Origin: Octopus sinensis
Taxonomy: Eukaryota
Reading direction: 5' to 3'
Length of the DNA stretch: 32,442 bases
Assembly (NCBI RefSeq): GCF_006345805.1
Contig: NW_021832892.1
Location: 1 to 32,442, forward strand
Shown in pieces: positions 10,829 to 22,029 of this stretch (position 1 is its first letter; each line of letters begins with the position of its first letter). A model generated the notes under the pieces. It had not been told where the DNA came from and searched no databases. It worked only from the letters and a program-made list of their open reading frames with translations. Made by a program: the position numbers and the translations under genes.

Positions 10829-11220
10829 ACAGGTATGGCTGTGTGAATAAGAATCTCACTTTGCAACCAATTTGTTTTGGGTTCATTCTCACTGCGTAGC
10901 ACCTTGGGCCTTGAGTATGCGTCTTCAACCATACCTCTGGGCTGACCAGGACCGTATTAAATGATTTGGTAAACGGAAAATGAAAGATGCCGTCGTACAT
11001 GTATATATATATATATCTATGTGTATACTTTTGTGTTTCTTGCCCATCACTGCTTGGCAACCGGTATTCGTTTGTTTACATCCCGTAACCTCTTGGTTCA
11101 GCAACATAGACAATAAATTTCTAAATTTCTACTGGGGTTGATTTCTTTTCGATTAAACCCTTCAAAACCTTGCTCCAGCGTGGTCGCAGTCATAATGATG
11201 GAATTAAGTAAAACAAAATA
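10829..11220 (+). mobile_element. SINE family A, full length, diverged
   Basis: Head GGTATGGCTGTGTG...GGGTTCA..CACTGCGTAGCACCTTGGGC, central GATTTGGTAAACGGAAA, internal (TA)n, tail TGCTCCAGCGTGGTCGCAGTC. Confidence 0.7.
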
Positions 11221-11279
11221 TATCGAATAACTTTTATCTTTACACACACACACACACACACTCACACACACACACACAC

Positions 11280-11316
<37 letters not shown>

Positions 11317-11342
11317 CTTTTATCTTTTTCTTTAAATTTTTT

Positions 11343-11500
11343 TTATTCATTAAGCTACAGCTATGCTGGGTCATTGTCCCGAATGATTTTAGTGCAACGA
11401 TTTGACCCCAGAACATATACTGATGTCTGGTACTTGTTCTACCAATCTCATTTTGCCGCTAAATTACGGGATGCAAACAAACCAACACTGGTTATGAAAC
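11343..11500 (-). mobile_element. SINE family A, 3' fragment
   Basis: Reverse complement of the tail motifs (CTATGCTGGG, GACCCCAG, GCCGCTAAATTACGGG, AAACAAACCAACAC). Confidence 0.55.
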
Positions 11501-11611
11501 ACATGAACAAACGCGCGCACATGCACACACACACACGCACACTCGATTAATTATTCGGAGCAACTTTATTAAGATTAATTAACTAAATAAATGACGTTGG
11601 AATTTACTTAC

Positions 11612-11756
11612 CAGGCAAATCCTTAATGTCGGTAGATAACCTCAAAACAGCACAACACAGATAATTCTTTCTTGTTTTATTTATGAATAGGGCCGGCGGC
11701 TGCTCTTTGGATATGTTTTGAAAGGGTCAAAAGTCAGGCTCAGCGACATCTGTACG
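11612..11756 (-). other. Candidate exon of an unidentified host gene
   Basis: Consensus donor CTG|GTAAGT at 11612/11611 and acceptor TTTTTATACCAG| at 11757/11756, in non-repetitive sequence. Phase 0 is open except for one TGA. No protein family was recognised. Confidence 0.2.
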
Positions 11757-11859
11757 CTGGTATAAAAACATGTTCTACAATTACTAGCTTTGACGAATGA
11801 GGCTGCTAAATTTAATGACGTGCTTTTAACTTACGACCTCATTTTGCAAATTCATTCAT

Positions 11860-12263
11860 ATTTCTTTATTGCCCACAAACATAGAGGGGACAAACAAGGA
11901 CAGACAAAGGAATTAAGTCGATTACAACGACCCCAGTGCGTAACTGGTACTTAATTTATCGACCCCGAAAGGATGAAAGGCAAAGTCGACCTCGACGGAA
12001 TTCGAACTCAGAACGTAACAGCAGACGAAATACCTATTTCTTTACTACCCACAAGGGGCTAAACACAGAGAGGACAAACAAGGACAGACACACGGATTAA
12101 GTCGATTACATCGACCCCAGTGCGTAACTGGTACTTATTTAATCGATCCCGAAAGATGAAAGGCAAAGTCGACCTCGGCGGAATTTGAACTCAGAACGTA
12201 ACGGCAGACGAAATACCGCTGAGCATTTCGCCTGGCATGCTAACGATCCTGCCAGCTCGCCGC
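11860..12263 (-). mobile_element. SINE family B (CORE-type) head-to-tail dimer
   Basis: A full monomer (12035-12263: GGCGAGCTGGCAG, GAGTTCAAATTCC, GAGGTCGACTTTGCCTTTCATC) is joined at 12034/12035 to a second monomer that lacks the first ~45 nt. The central block resembles the CORE domain of CORE-SINEs. Confidence 0.85.
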
Positions 12264-12393
12264 TTTAAACTTCATACTTGCAACTTCATTCTGTAGCCCA
12301 AATGGCTTTGTATTTCTTAGATGTTGGTAAAGCCGATTACAAATTTCACTTGTGGATGATGTGTTGGTTAGTCGACATGACATTACGGGCTTG

Positions 12394-12518
12394 TTTATCT
12401 GGTAGCCTGATGAGTTGGGAGTTGCATAATAAGTACGCACTCTTACGAATGTTGTGCATAATATATACCCGATCACAAAAAGAATCTCGACGAAACAACT
12501 ACAGGAGAACCAGATAAA
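12394..12518 (+). ncRNA. Decayed type I hammerhead fold with large stem II insert
   Basis: TTTATCTGGT (12394-12403) pairs with ACCAGATAAA (12509-12518). CTGATGA is at 12407-12413, the 7-bp stem II GTTGGGA/TCTCGAC abuts GAAA (12492-12495), and the cleavage triplet reads GGA instead of GUH. Confidence 0.45.
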
Positions 12519-12524
12519 TCATTC

Positions 12525-12640
12525 GGTTGTGTTATGAGAAACTTACTTCCCAACCGCATGGTCCTAGGTTCAGTCCTACTGAATTATTCAAGGTGGTGCT
12601 GCAGCATGACCGCAGGCTAATGGCTGAAGCTAATAAAAGA
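12525..12640 (+). mobile_element. SINE family A with internal deletion (head fused to tail)
   Basis: Head GGTTGTGTTATGAG...GGTTCAGTCCTACTG joins directly to tail TTCAAGGTGGTGCTGCAGCATGACCGCAG. Confidence 0.6.
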
Positions 12641-12689
12641 TATGTACACGCACACACAGACATACGCACAGATATGACACTATCAAAGT

Positions 12690-12812
12690 CATTTACAAGG
12701 CACTGGTCGGCCTGGTGACGTAGCAGAATACAGCTGCCCAAAGTGCTACGCAGCAGATCTAAGCCCGGAATAACGAGGTCACAACGATAGCTTTTTAAAC
12801 ACACAGTCATGT
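12690..12812 (-). mobile_element. SINE family A, 5' head, diverged
   Basis: ACAAGGCACTGGTCGGCC...TGCCCAAAGTGCTACGCAG...ACACAGTCAT is the reverse complement of the family head. Confidence 0.6.
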
Positions 12813-12828
12813 ATATATATATATATAC

Positions 12829-12913
12829 ACGACGGGCTTCTTTCAGTTTCCATCTACAAATTCCCGTCTGGTAGACGGAAACTGAAAGAAGCCCGTCGTA
12901 TATATGGACGCCG

Positions 12914-12967
<54 letters not shown>

Positions 12968-13257
12968 TATATATATATATATATATTATTTATATATATA
13001 TATATAATATCTGTATGTGTGTGAGTGTGTGTGTATGTATGTTTGTGTGCGTGTCTGTGTGTCTGTGTGTGTTCGTCCCCATCACCACCTCTTGGAACCG
13101 GAGCTGGTGTGTTTGCGTCCCCGTAACATAGTGGTTCAGCGAAAGAGACTGAGGAAATACGTAAAAGTAAAAAAAAACTGGGATCGATGCACCCGACTAA
13201 CAATACTTCAAGGTGGTGCTCCAGCATGGCCGCAGTTTAATGACTGAAACAAAAAAG

Positions 13258-13258
<1 letters not shown>
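12829..13258 (+). mobile_element. 5'-truncated SINE family A with fold-back inverted duplication
   Basis: 12829-12857 is the inverse of 12871-12899 (28/29 identical). The plus-strand SINE continues through (TA)n/(TG)n to the tail ending ...GACTGAAACAAAAAAGAC. Confidence 0.8.
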
Positions 13259-13311
<53 letters not shown>

Positions 13312-13339
13312 TATACATTTACATACATATACATTCATG

Positions 13340-13388
<49 letters not shown>

Positions 13389-13397
13389 CATATATAT

Positions 13398-13441
<44 letters not shown>

Positions 13442-13566
13442 GTTTATCAGCTCCTATAAGTGTGTACAATTGTGTTAATGCGTTATAAATATAGATCCAT
13501 AGAATAATTTACAACTGCGCATTATTTCTTGTTGACACATAAACGTGTGTGTGCGTGTGTGTGGGT

Positions 13567-13624
<58 letters not shown>

Positions 13625-13709
13625 TTTGAGTGTGTTTGCTTGTGGAGCTTCATGAAATGTACGCGTGTGAACTTATACCCGCAATTGATCCGCAAATGCA
13701 CACACACAG

Positions 13710-13741
<32 letters not shown>

Positions 13742-13884
13742 ACATACACACAGATGCACACACACACGCACGCACGCACGCACACATACACGTACACACA
13801 CTTACGCACCCGCACTCACACCCATACATACATGCGTACATGTATATCTTTTGCAAACAATTAGTCTTACACTAATGCATATGA

Positions 13885-14275
13885 TGCAACCACCACCTAC
13901 ACTACTACTAACACCACCACCACCACCACCACCACCACAACCACCACCAACACATCAACCACCACCACCACCACCACAACCACCACCACCACCACCACCA
14001 CCACCACCACCAACAACCACCAACCACACAAATCAACACCACCACCACCACCACAACCACCACCAAACACAATCAACCACCACCACCACCACCACAACCA
14101 CCACCACACCACCACCACCACCACCACCACCACCACCACAACCACCGCCGCCGCCATCACCCCACACCACCACCACACCACAACCACCACCAACACATCA
14201 ACCACCACCACCACCACAACCACCACAACCCCACACCACCACCACCACCACCACCACCACCACCACCACCGTAAC
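13885..14275. repeat. (CAC/CAA)n microsatellite
   Basis: Directly visible. The variant ACACATCAACC occurs at 13950 and 14193. Confidence 0.95.
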
Positions 14276-14894
14276 CAATTAACTACCCTTCCTGCCAGGA
14301 CCCTTCGCAATTATAAAATTACCATCGCCCCCCCTCCCCCCGCACCCCCACCATCGCCCACTACCACCTCCAACCTCCACTACCATCCACCCACCCGTTT
14401 TTCCATCAGCTCCACTGATGAATAATGGTGGCGGGCAATGTTGGTTGGGGTGGCGATGACATGTGTTGGGGTGGGGTGTGTGACGGGTGGCGGGTGGTGT
14501 AGTGATGACAGGGACGGGTGGCTGGGTGAGATAGGGGTACACGAGTATGAAACTGACGTGAAACATGAGAATCGCACACACACACGAACACACACACATA
14601 CACACACATACACACACACATATACACACGCATATACACACACATATACACACAAATGAGAGGTGAACGACCTTTTGTTCAACTAACTTGTATATCAGCG
14701 GGACGCAGATGGACAGTAGCGGGGTGGGTGTAAAGAGGGTGGTTGCTGCTGCTGCTGCCGCTGCTGCTACTACTCCTCAGCTCCTACAGCTCCCCCTCCT
14801 CCTCTTCCTTCTACTACTACTATTACTACTACTACTACTACTACTACTACTGGCAAATCGTGACGGCGACGGAAAATATCTTTTGTAGCATTCA

Positions 14895-15178
14895 ATCCGG
14901 CTCAGTTTCAAGTCCCAGTGAGGTCAACGTTACCTTGAATCAATTGGAAATCGATAAAAATCGATCAAGCCTTTGATTGGGTGATTGACGCCCAATCACT
15001 AAAAATATATAGCTTTTTGTCTGTCTGTACGTTCTGAGTTCAAATCCCAACGACGTTGACTTTAATCTTTTCCCCCTTCCGGAGGTCGATTAAATAAGTA
15101 CCAGTTGAGCTCAAATGACGATCTAATCGACTAGCTCCCTCCACCAAATTTCGGGTCCTGTGCCTTATAGTAGAAAGG

Positions 15179-15247
<69 letters not shown>

Positions 15248-16066
15248 GCTACTGTTATTATATATTATTAAGGCGTCGAGAAGGCAGAATCGTTAGCACG
15301 CGGGGCGAAATGCTCAACGGCATTTTGTCTGTCTTTAATGTCTGAGTTCAAATTCCACCGGGGCTGACTTTGCCTGCCTTTCTGGCTTATGTAATTGACT
15401 AAGTCCCCCTCCCCTCAAATTTCATGCCTTGTGCCTATAGTAGAAAAGATTATTAAGGCGGCAAGCTAGCAAAATCGTAAGCATTGCTCAGCGGTATTAT
15501 TCGCCCGTCGCTAAGTTCTGAGTTCAAATTGCGTCGAGGTCGACTTTGCCTTTCATCCTTTCGGGATTGATAAATCAATTACCAGTTACACACTGGGGCT
15601 GATGTAATTGACTATACCCCTCCACCCTTGTCCCTATAGTTGAAAGGAGAGCTGCGAGAATCGTTAGTACGCCGCAAAATGCATAGCAGTATTTGGTCTG
15701 CCACTACGTTCTGTGTTCTAATTCTGCCGAGGTCGACTTTACCTTTCATTCTTTCGAAGTCGATAAATTAAGTACCAGTGAAACACTGGGGTCGATGTAA
15801 TCGATTCATCACCTCATCTAAAATCGTTGCCCTTGTGGCAAAATTTGAGACCATGGCCGCAAGATGGCAGAATCGTTAGCACGCCGGGCGAAATGCTGAC
15901 TGGTATTTCGTCTGCCGCTACGTTCCAAGTTCAAATTCTGCCAAGCTCGACTTTGACTTTCATCCTTTCAGAGTTGATAAATTATGTACCAGCGAAACTT
16001 TGGGGTCGATGTAATCGACTAGTCCCCCCACCTCAAATTTCAGGCCTTATGCCTATAGTAGAAAGG

Positions 16067-16075
<9 letters not shown>
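14895..16075 (+). mobile_element. Tandem cluster of 5-6 family B (CORE-type) SINE copies
   Basis: Copies at about 14895-14970 (remnant), 15005-15180, 15268-15455, 15456-15647, 15648-15855 and 15856-16075. Each has a B-box (G..TTC.A.T), GAGGTCGACTTT or a variant, and a tail CTTGTGCCTATAGTAGAAAG or CTTGTGGCAAAATTTGA. Confidence 0.85.
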
Positions 16076-16106
<31 letters not shown>

Positions 16107-16259
16107 TAGTAGTAGTAGTAGTAGTAGTAGTAAAAGTAGTAGTGGTGGTGATGGTGGTGGTGGTGATGGTGGTGGTGGTGATGGTGGTGGTAGTGGTGGT
16201 GGTGGTAGTGGTGGTAGCAGCAGCAGCAGTAGCAGTAGCAGCACTACTAGCACTACTAC

Positions 16260-16299
<40 letters not shown>

Positions 16300-16420
16300 G
16301 GTGGTGGTGGTGGTAGTAGTTATAGTAGTAGTAGTGGTGGTGGTGGTGGTAGTAGTAGTAGTAGTGGTGGTGGTGGTGGTGGTAGTAGTAGTAGTAGTAG
16401 TTGTAGTAGTAGTAGTAGTG

Positions 16421-16470
<50 letters not shown>

Positions 16471-16501
16471 GGTGGTGGTGGTGGTGGTAGTAGTAGTAGT
16501 T

Positions 16502-16578
<77 letters not shown>

Positions 16579-16622
16579 GGTGGTGGTGGTGGTGGTGGTG
16601 GTAGTAGTAGTAGTAGTAGTTA
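16068..16622. repeat. Compound (ATT)n-(AGT)n-(GGT)n microsatellite
   Basis: Directly visible. It begins as the tail of the last SINE copy. Confidence 0.95.
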
Positions 16623-16843
16623 TAATATAGCCGTCGTGATAGTTGCAGGTGCTGCTGGCATCTTAAGTGTATTTCTTTTTTATTGGGGTGTGTATGATAT
16701 TGCTGCACAGGAGAACGTGATGAGCAAGAAATATGTACGGAGCTATATAAGCAAATATGCAACTCTATACTCACCTGAATACATCGAATAACAGCCGGCG
16801 TGTTTGCCTGTGAGTGTGTGTGTTGTGTGTGTGTGTGTGTGTG

Positions 16844-16890
<47 letters not shown>

Positions 16891-17042
16891 GGCATATATA
16901 CGTCTTTTTGAAATATAGAAATAATGCGTAGATGCAAATCCGTCTCTGGATCTATTACATAAATATCGCATAAACACACACACACACACACACACACGAC
17001 CTAACCTGCCTTTTAATTATAACACTCTTTACTTTCGCACGC

Positions 17043-17257
17043 ACACACATACATACATACATACATACATACATGCATACATACATACATATATACATAC
17101 ATGCATACATACATGCATGCATACATACATACATACATACATACATGCATACATACATACATGCATGCATACATACATACATACATATATACATACATAC
17201 ATACATGCATACATACATGCATACATATATACATACATGCATACATACATACATACA

Positions 17258-17291
<34 letters not shown>

Positions 17292-18408
17292 CATACATAC
17301 ATACATGCATACATACATGCATACATACATACATACATGCATACATACATACATGCATACATACATACATACATACATACATGCATGCATAGATACATAC
17401 ATACATACATACATACATGCATACATACATGCATACATACATACATACATACATGCATACATACATACATACATACATGCATGCATACATGCATACATAC
17501 ATACATACATGCATGCATACATACATACATGCATACATACATACATGCATACATACATGCATGCATAGATACATACATACATACATACATACATGCATAC
17601 ATACATGCATACATACATACATGCATACATACATACATACATGCATACATACATGCATACATACATACATGCATACATACATGCATACATGCATGCATAC
17701 ATGCATACATACATACATACACACACATATATACATACATATATACATGCATACATACATGCATACACACATGCATACATACATGCATACATACATACAT
17801 ACATACATACATACATACATACATGCATACATACATGCATACATACATGCATACATACATACATACATACATGCATACATACATGCATACATGCATGCAT
17901 ACATACATACATACATATGTACATACATGCATGCATAGATACATGCATGCATACATACATACATGCATACATACATACATACATACATATGTACATACAT
18001 ACATGCATAGATACATGCATGCATACATACATACATTCATACATACATACATGCATACATACATACATACATGCATACATACATACATACATACATATGT
18101 ACATACATACATGCATAGATACATGCATGCATACATACATACATGCATACATACATACATACATACATGCATACATACATACATACATACATGCATACAT
18201 ACATGCATGCATACATACATACATACATACATACATACAAGCATACATACATGCATACATACATACATACATACATACATACATACATACATACATGCAT
18301 ACATACATGCATGCATACATACATACATACATACATACATACATACATACATACATACATACATGCATGCATACATGCATACATACATACATACATACCT
18401 ACATACAT
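17043..18408. repeat. (TACA)n/(TGCA) tetranucleotide array, ~1.37 kb
   Basis: Directly visible. It is the source of the MYVC/HTYI pseudo-ORFs. Confidence 0.97.
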
Positions 18409-18566
18409 AGAGACCAGGTAATTCCTGTTTACCTGTCATCTCTGTTTAATTTCGTATGACACTCTGTACTCCTCTAACACTTTACACTCCAGCATATGTA
18501 TATTCAGTCGTAACACTATACTATCAGTATCACTGTGCCCAAACATGTTCTAACAAACACACACGC

Positions 18567-18626
<60 letters not shown>

Positions 18627-18630
<4 letters not shown>

Positions 18631-18845
18631 AGAATTCACAAAAAAAAAAGACGAAACAGTTGTATTAGTTTAACGCTCGGGAAGTGAAAAAGTCTTTAAC
18701 GTTTCGAGCCTACGCTCTTCCACAGAAAGGAACACAGAAAGAAACAAGGAGAGAAAATAAAGAATGTGTAGTGGCTACCGATGCATCATGGCGAATGCTG
18801 GACAGAGGGGTCACATAGGAGAGGTAGGGAAAAGGGGAGATAATA
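18627..18845 (-). mobile_element. Short hammerhead-bearing repeat unit, copy 3
   Basis: The reverse complement aligns to 3347-3590. Its 3' end abuts the (TA)n tract at ~18566-18626. Confidence 0.7.
18694..18729 (-). ncRNA. Minimal type I hammerhead motif (variant core CUGUGGA plus extra A)
   Basis: The minus strand reads CTTT-CTGTGGA-A-GAGC-GTAG-GCTC-GAAA-CGT-T-AAAG. Confidence 0.6.
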
Positions 18846-18855
18846 AAGTAATATA

Positions 18856-19055
18856 TCATCATCATCATCATCATCATTTAGCGTCGGCTTTCCATGCTAG
18901 CATGGGTTGGACGGTTCAACTGGGGTCTGTGAAGCCAGAAGGCTGCATCAGGCCCAGTCTGATCTGGCAGTGTTTCTACGGCTGGATGCCCTTCCTAACG
19001 CCAACCACTCCGTGAGTGTAGTGGGTGCTTTTTACGTGCCACCCGCACAGGTGCC
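18856..19055 (-). mobile_element. 3' end of RTE-associated SINE/LINE with (TGA)n tail
   Basis: The minus strand contains GGTTGGCGTTAGGAAGGGCATCCAGCCGTAGAAAC, a stem-loop typical of RTE-partnered 3' ends, and terminates in (TGA)n. Confidence 0.7.
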
Positions 19056-19059
19056 AGAC

Positions 19060-19458
19060 GGAGCTGACGTGTGGTAAGTAGCTTGTTTACCAACCACATC
19101 GTTTCGGGTTCAGTCCCACTGCGTGGCACCTTGGACAAGTACCTTCTACTGTAGCCTCGGGCCGACCAAAGCTTTGTGAGTGGATTTGGTAGACGGAAAC
19201 TGAAAGAAGCCCGTCGTATATATGTATATATATATATGTGCGTGTATGTTTGTGTCTGTGTTTGTCCCATCCAACATCGCTTGAGAACCGATGCTGGCGT
19301 GTTTATGTCCCCGTCACTTAGCGGTTCGGCATAACAGACCGATAAAATAAGTACTGGGCTTACAAAGAATAAGTCCCGGGGTAGATTTGCTCGATTAAAG
19401 GCGGTGCTCCGGCATGGCCGCAGTCAAATGATGAAACAAGTAAAAGAGTAAAAGAGAG
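19060..19458 (+). mobile_element. SINE family A, full length
   Basis: tRNA-like head (GTGTGGTAAG, GGGTTCAGTCCC), GCACCTTGGACAAG, GGATTTGGTAGACGGAAACTGAAAGAAGCCCGTCG, internal (TA/TG)n, tail AAGGCGGTGCTCCGGCATGGCCGCAGTCAAATG and TAAAAGAG repeats. Confidence 0.85.
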
Positions 19459-19505
19459 TACATATATATATATATATATATATATAATATAATATATATA
19501 TAATA

Positions 19506-19726
19506 AATGAAAAATTGTATTGTAAATCAACAAACGACGTATAACGTATACAGAGCGTACAACCGGACGAGAGACAGACGCCGAAGGTCCCTAATTCTTC
19601 ATCAATTATCAACCAGATTGTATTACTCAGTGCCACACCTAGAGACCTTCTATGTCCGGTCCTCGTCCAGTTGTACACTCAGTATACATTATACGTCGTT
19701 TGTTTATTTACGAAACAATTTTCGTT
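19506..19726. repeat. Fold-back (MITE-like) element, ~88-bp arms, 44-nt spacer
   Basis: Left arm ...ACAAACGACGTATAACGTATACAGAGCGTACAACCGGACGAG...GAAGGTCCCTAA (to 19594) matches the reverse complement of 19639-19726, ...ACAAACGACGTATAATGTATACTGAGTGTACAACTGGACGAG...GAAGGTCTCTAG. Confidence 0.85.
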
Positions 19727-19774
19727 TGCTAAGCAACGAAACGCGACGCACCCCGGCTTTTATTAACATTAAGT

Positions 19775-20480
<706 letters not shown>

Positions 20481-20882
20481 TCTGTGTGGCAGTGTGTCAC
20501 ACTTTGACCCCACCTCTTACTATTCATTGGCACTCCTACTATAGCTCGTGTTGGGGTGAGAGTAATAGTAGGCATAGAGAAGGTATGACAGTTGTGACGG
20601 TAATGAGGTCATAGTAATTGTATGAGCTGTAGTTGTGATAGAGGCGGAGGCGACGGTGGTGATGGTAGTGGTGGAGGTGGTGGTGGTAGCTGAAGCAGTC
20701 AGGGACAAGTTGATAATAAGCGATGTGAAAGACAGTGGTGATGGTGGTGGAGGGGAAGGCGGCGGAATCAAAGGTATTGATGGTAAAGGCGTCAGAAGTA
20801 TGAATGATGTGTGCATGGCAGTTGTAGCGGTGATGGTCGTGGTACTAGTGATGGTAATGGTTGAAAACAATCAACAGAAAGA

Positions 20883-20924
<42 letters not shown>

Positions 20925-20967
20925 GAATAAGAGAGAGAGAGGTTAGACAGAAAAAAATTACTGACAC

Positions 20968-21228
20968 CTGAATGTCCCTTTTGCAAACATCTTTCACCCG
21001 TGCATCCTCCAGAAAATCCTTGGTATCAAACGACAAAATCATGTCCCCAACAAAGATGTCCTCAAGCAAGCAGGAATACCAAGCATGTTTGCACTCCTCA
21101 CACAAAAACATATAAGATGGCTTGGAGATGTTAGCAGTATGGAAGATGGCAGAATCCTCAAGGACATACTCTACGGAGAGCTTGCTAGGGGCACTAGGTC
21201 TGTGGGAAGACCGTTCTTACGATACAAT
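20968..21228 (+). pseudogene. RTE-clade LINE, ORF C-terminal fragment
   Basis: FHPCILQKILGIKRQNHVPNKDVLKQAGIPSMFALLTQKHIRWLGDVSSMEDGRILKDILYGELARGTRSVGRPFLRY matches the RTE/BovB-type post-RT C-terminus. Confidence 0.85.
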
Positions 21229-21619
21229 GCTACGACTAGGCATACGTAATACTATATACAATTATGAATTAAAAGCAACGTTAGTGTTGTGAATATATAT
21301 GTATGCCCTGGGCATGGATTTAAACTGCATTTCGTAGTTGGAATCTATTTTAGGAGTTCCTGGGTTTTGAGGAGTTCGAATTGCTCTTGGGTCTACTCCC
21401 AATTATCGGTTAGTTAGGATATGTGACCACAACCCATCTGAATGCGAAGGCGCAGAAATACCCTGTCGGTATCAGAACATGCAGTAAAACTAATGGGAGT
21501 AAAGGACTGCAAGATGCTGTTACAGTATCTTTCTCAGAGAGGACACTGATGTAAAACCTGAAAATTTACGTGGTAACTGGTCATCTCACTTTAACTCAGA
21601 GGTACTCGTGTTGTAAACT

Positions 21620-21860
21620 CAGAGGTATCGTGTTGTATAAACGGTTATTACTAAAATCCCATGAGGCACAGATGTCTCTTAATGATGGCCTTAATCGTCA
21701 TCTCATCTGGTGAAAGTCCTATGGTAAAAGAAGAGTGGTGATGTGTGTAGATCTAACGAATTAAAAGTACGGAGAAGGTTACGACTTTCCTCTATCATCT
21801 TTGATCAAAACATGCACATCTGCAACGAGACTGAATGGGATATCTGAGAAGTCATGGACG
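21620..21860 (+). pseudogene. Possible Crypton/tyrosine-recombinase remnant
   Basis: Weak motif layout only: GIVLYKR, W*KSYGK, TCTSATRLNGISEK, compared with CIV.LYK, WY..P.G and SLRATSATRL..GV.E in Crypton-type YR proteins. Confidence 0.25.
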
Positions 21861-21966
21861 AAAAGAGAGGCTATTGACTACGAGAAAGCACAAGAAGACT
21901 GCAGTCATCCGTGAAGACGGAGCAATCACCATATATACATACATATGTGTGCGTGCGCGCGCGCGT

Positions 21967-22004
<38 letters not shown>

Positions 22005-22029
22005 TGTATATGTGTGTGTGTGCATGTTC

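Noticed and set aside
15827-16630. 267-aa poly-Val/Ile ORF, plus poly-Thr, poly-Pro and poly-His ORFs at 13851, 24937-25567 and 5099-5548
   Set aside because: These are trinucleotide microsatellite or SINE read-through artefacts.
16955-18459. Long ORFs of 290-494 aa (MYVC/HTYI repeats), and similar ones at 30468-31660
   Set aside because: These are translations of (TACA)n arrays, which lack stops in several frames on both strands. There is no coding signal.
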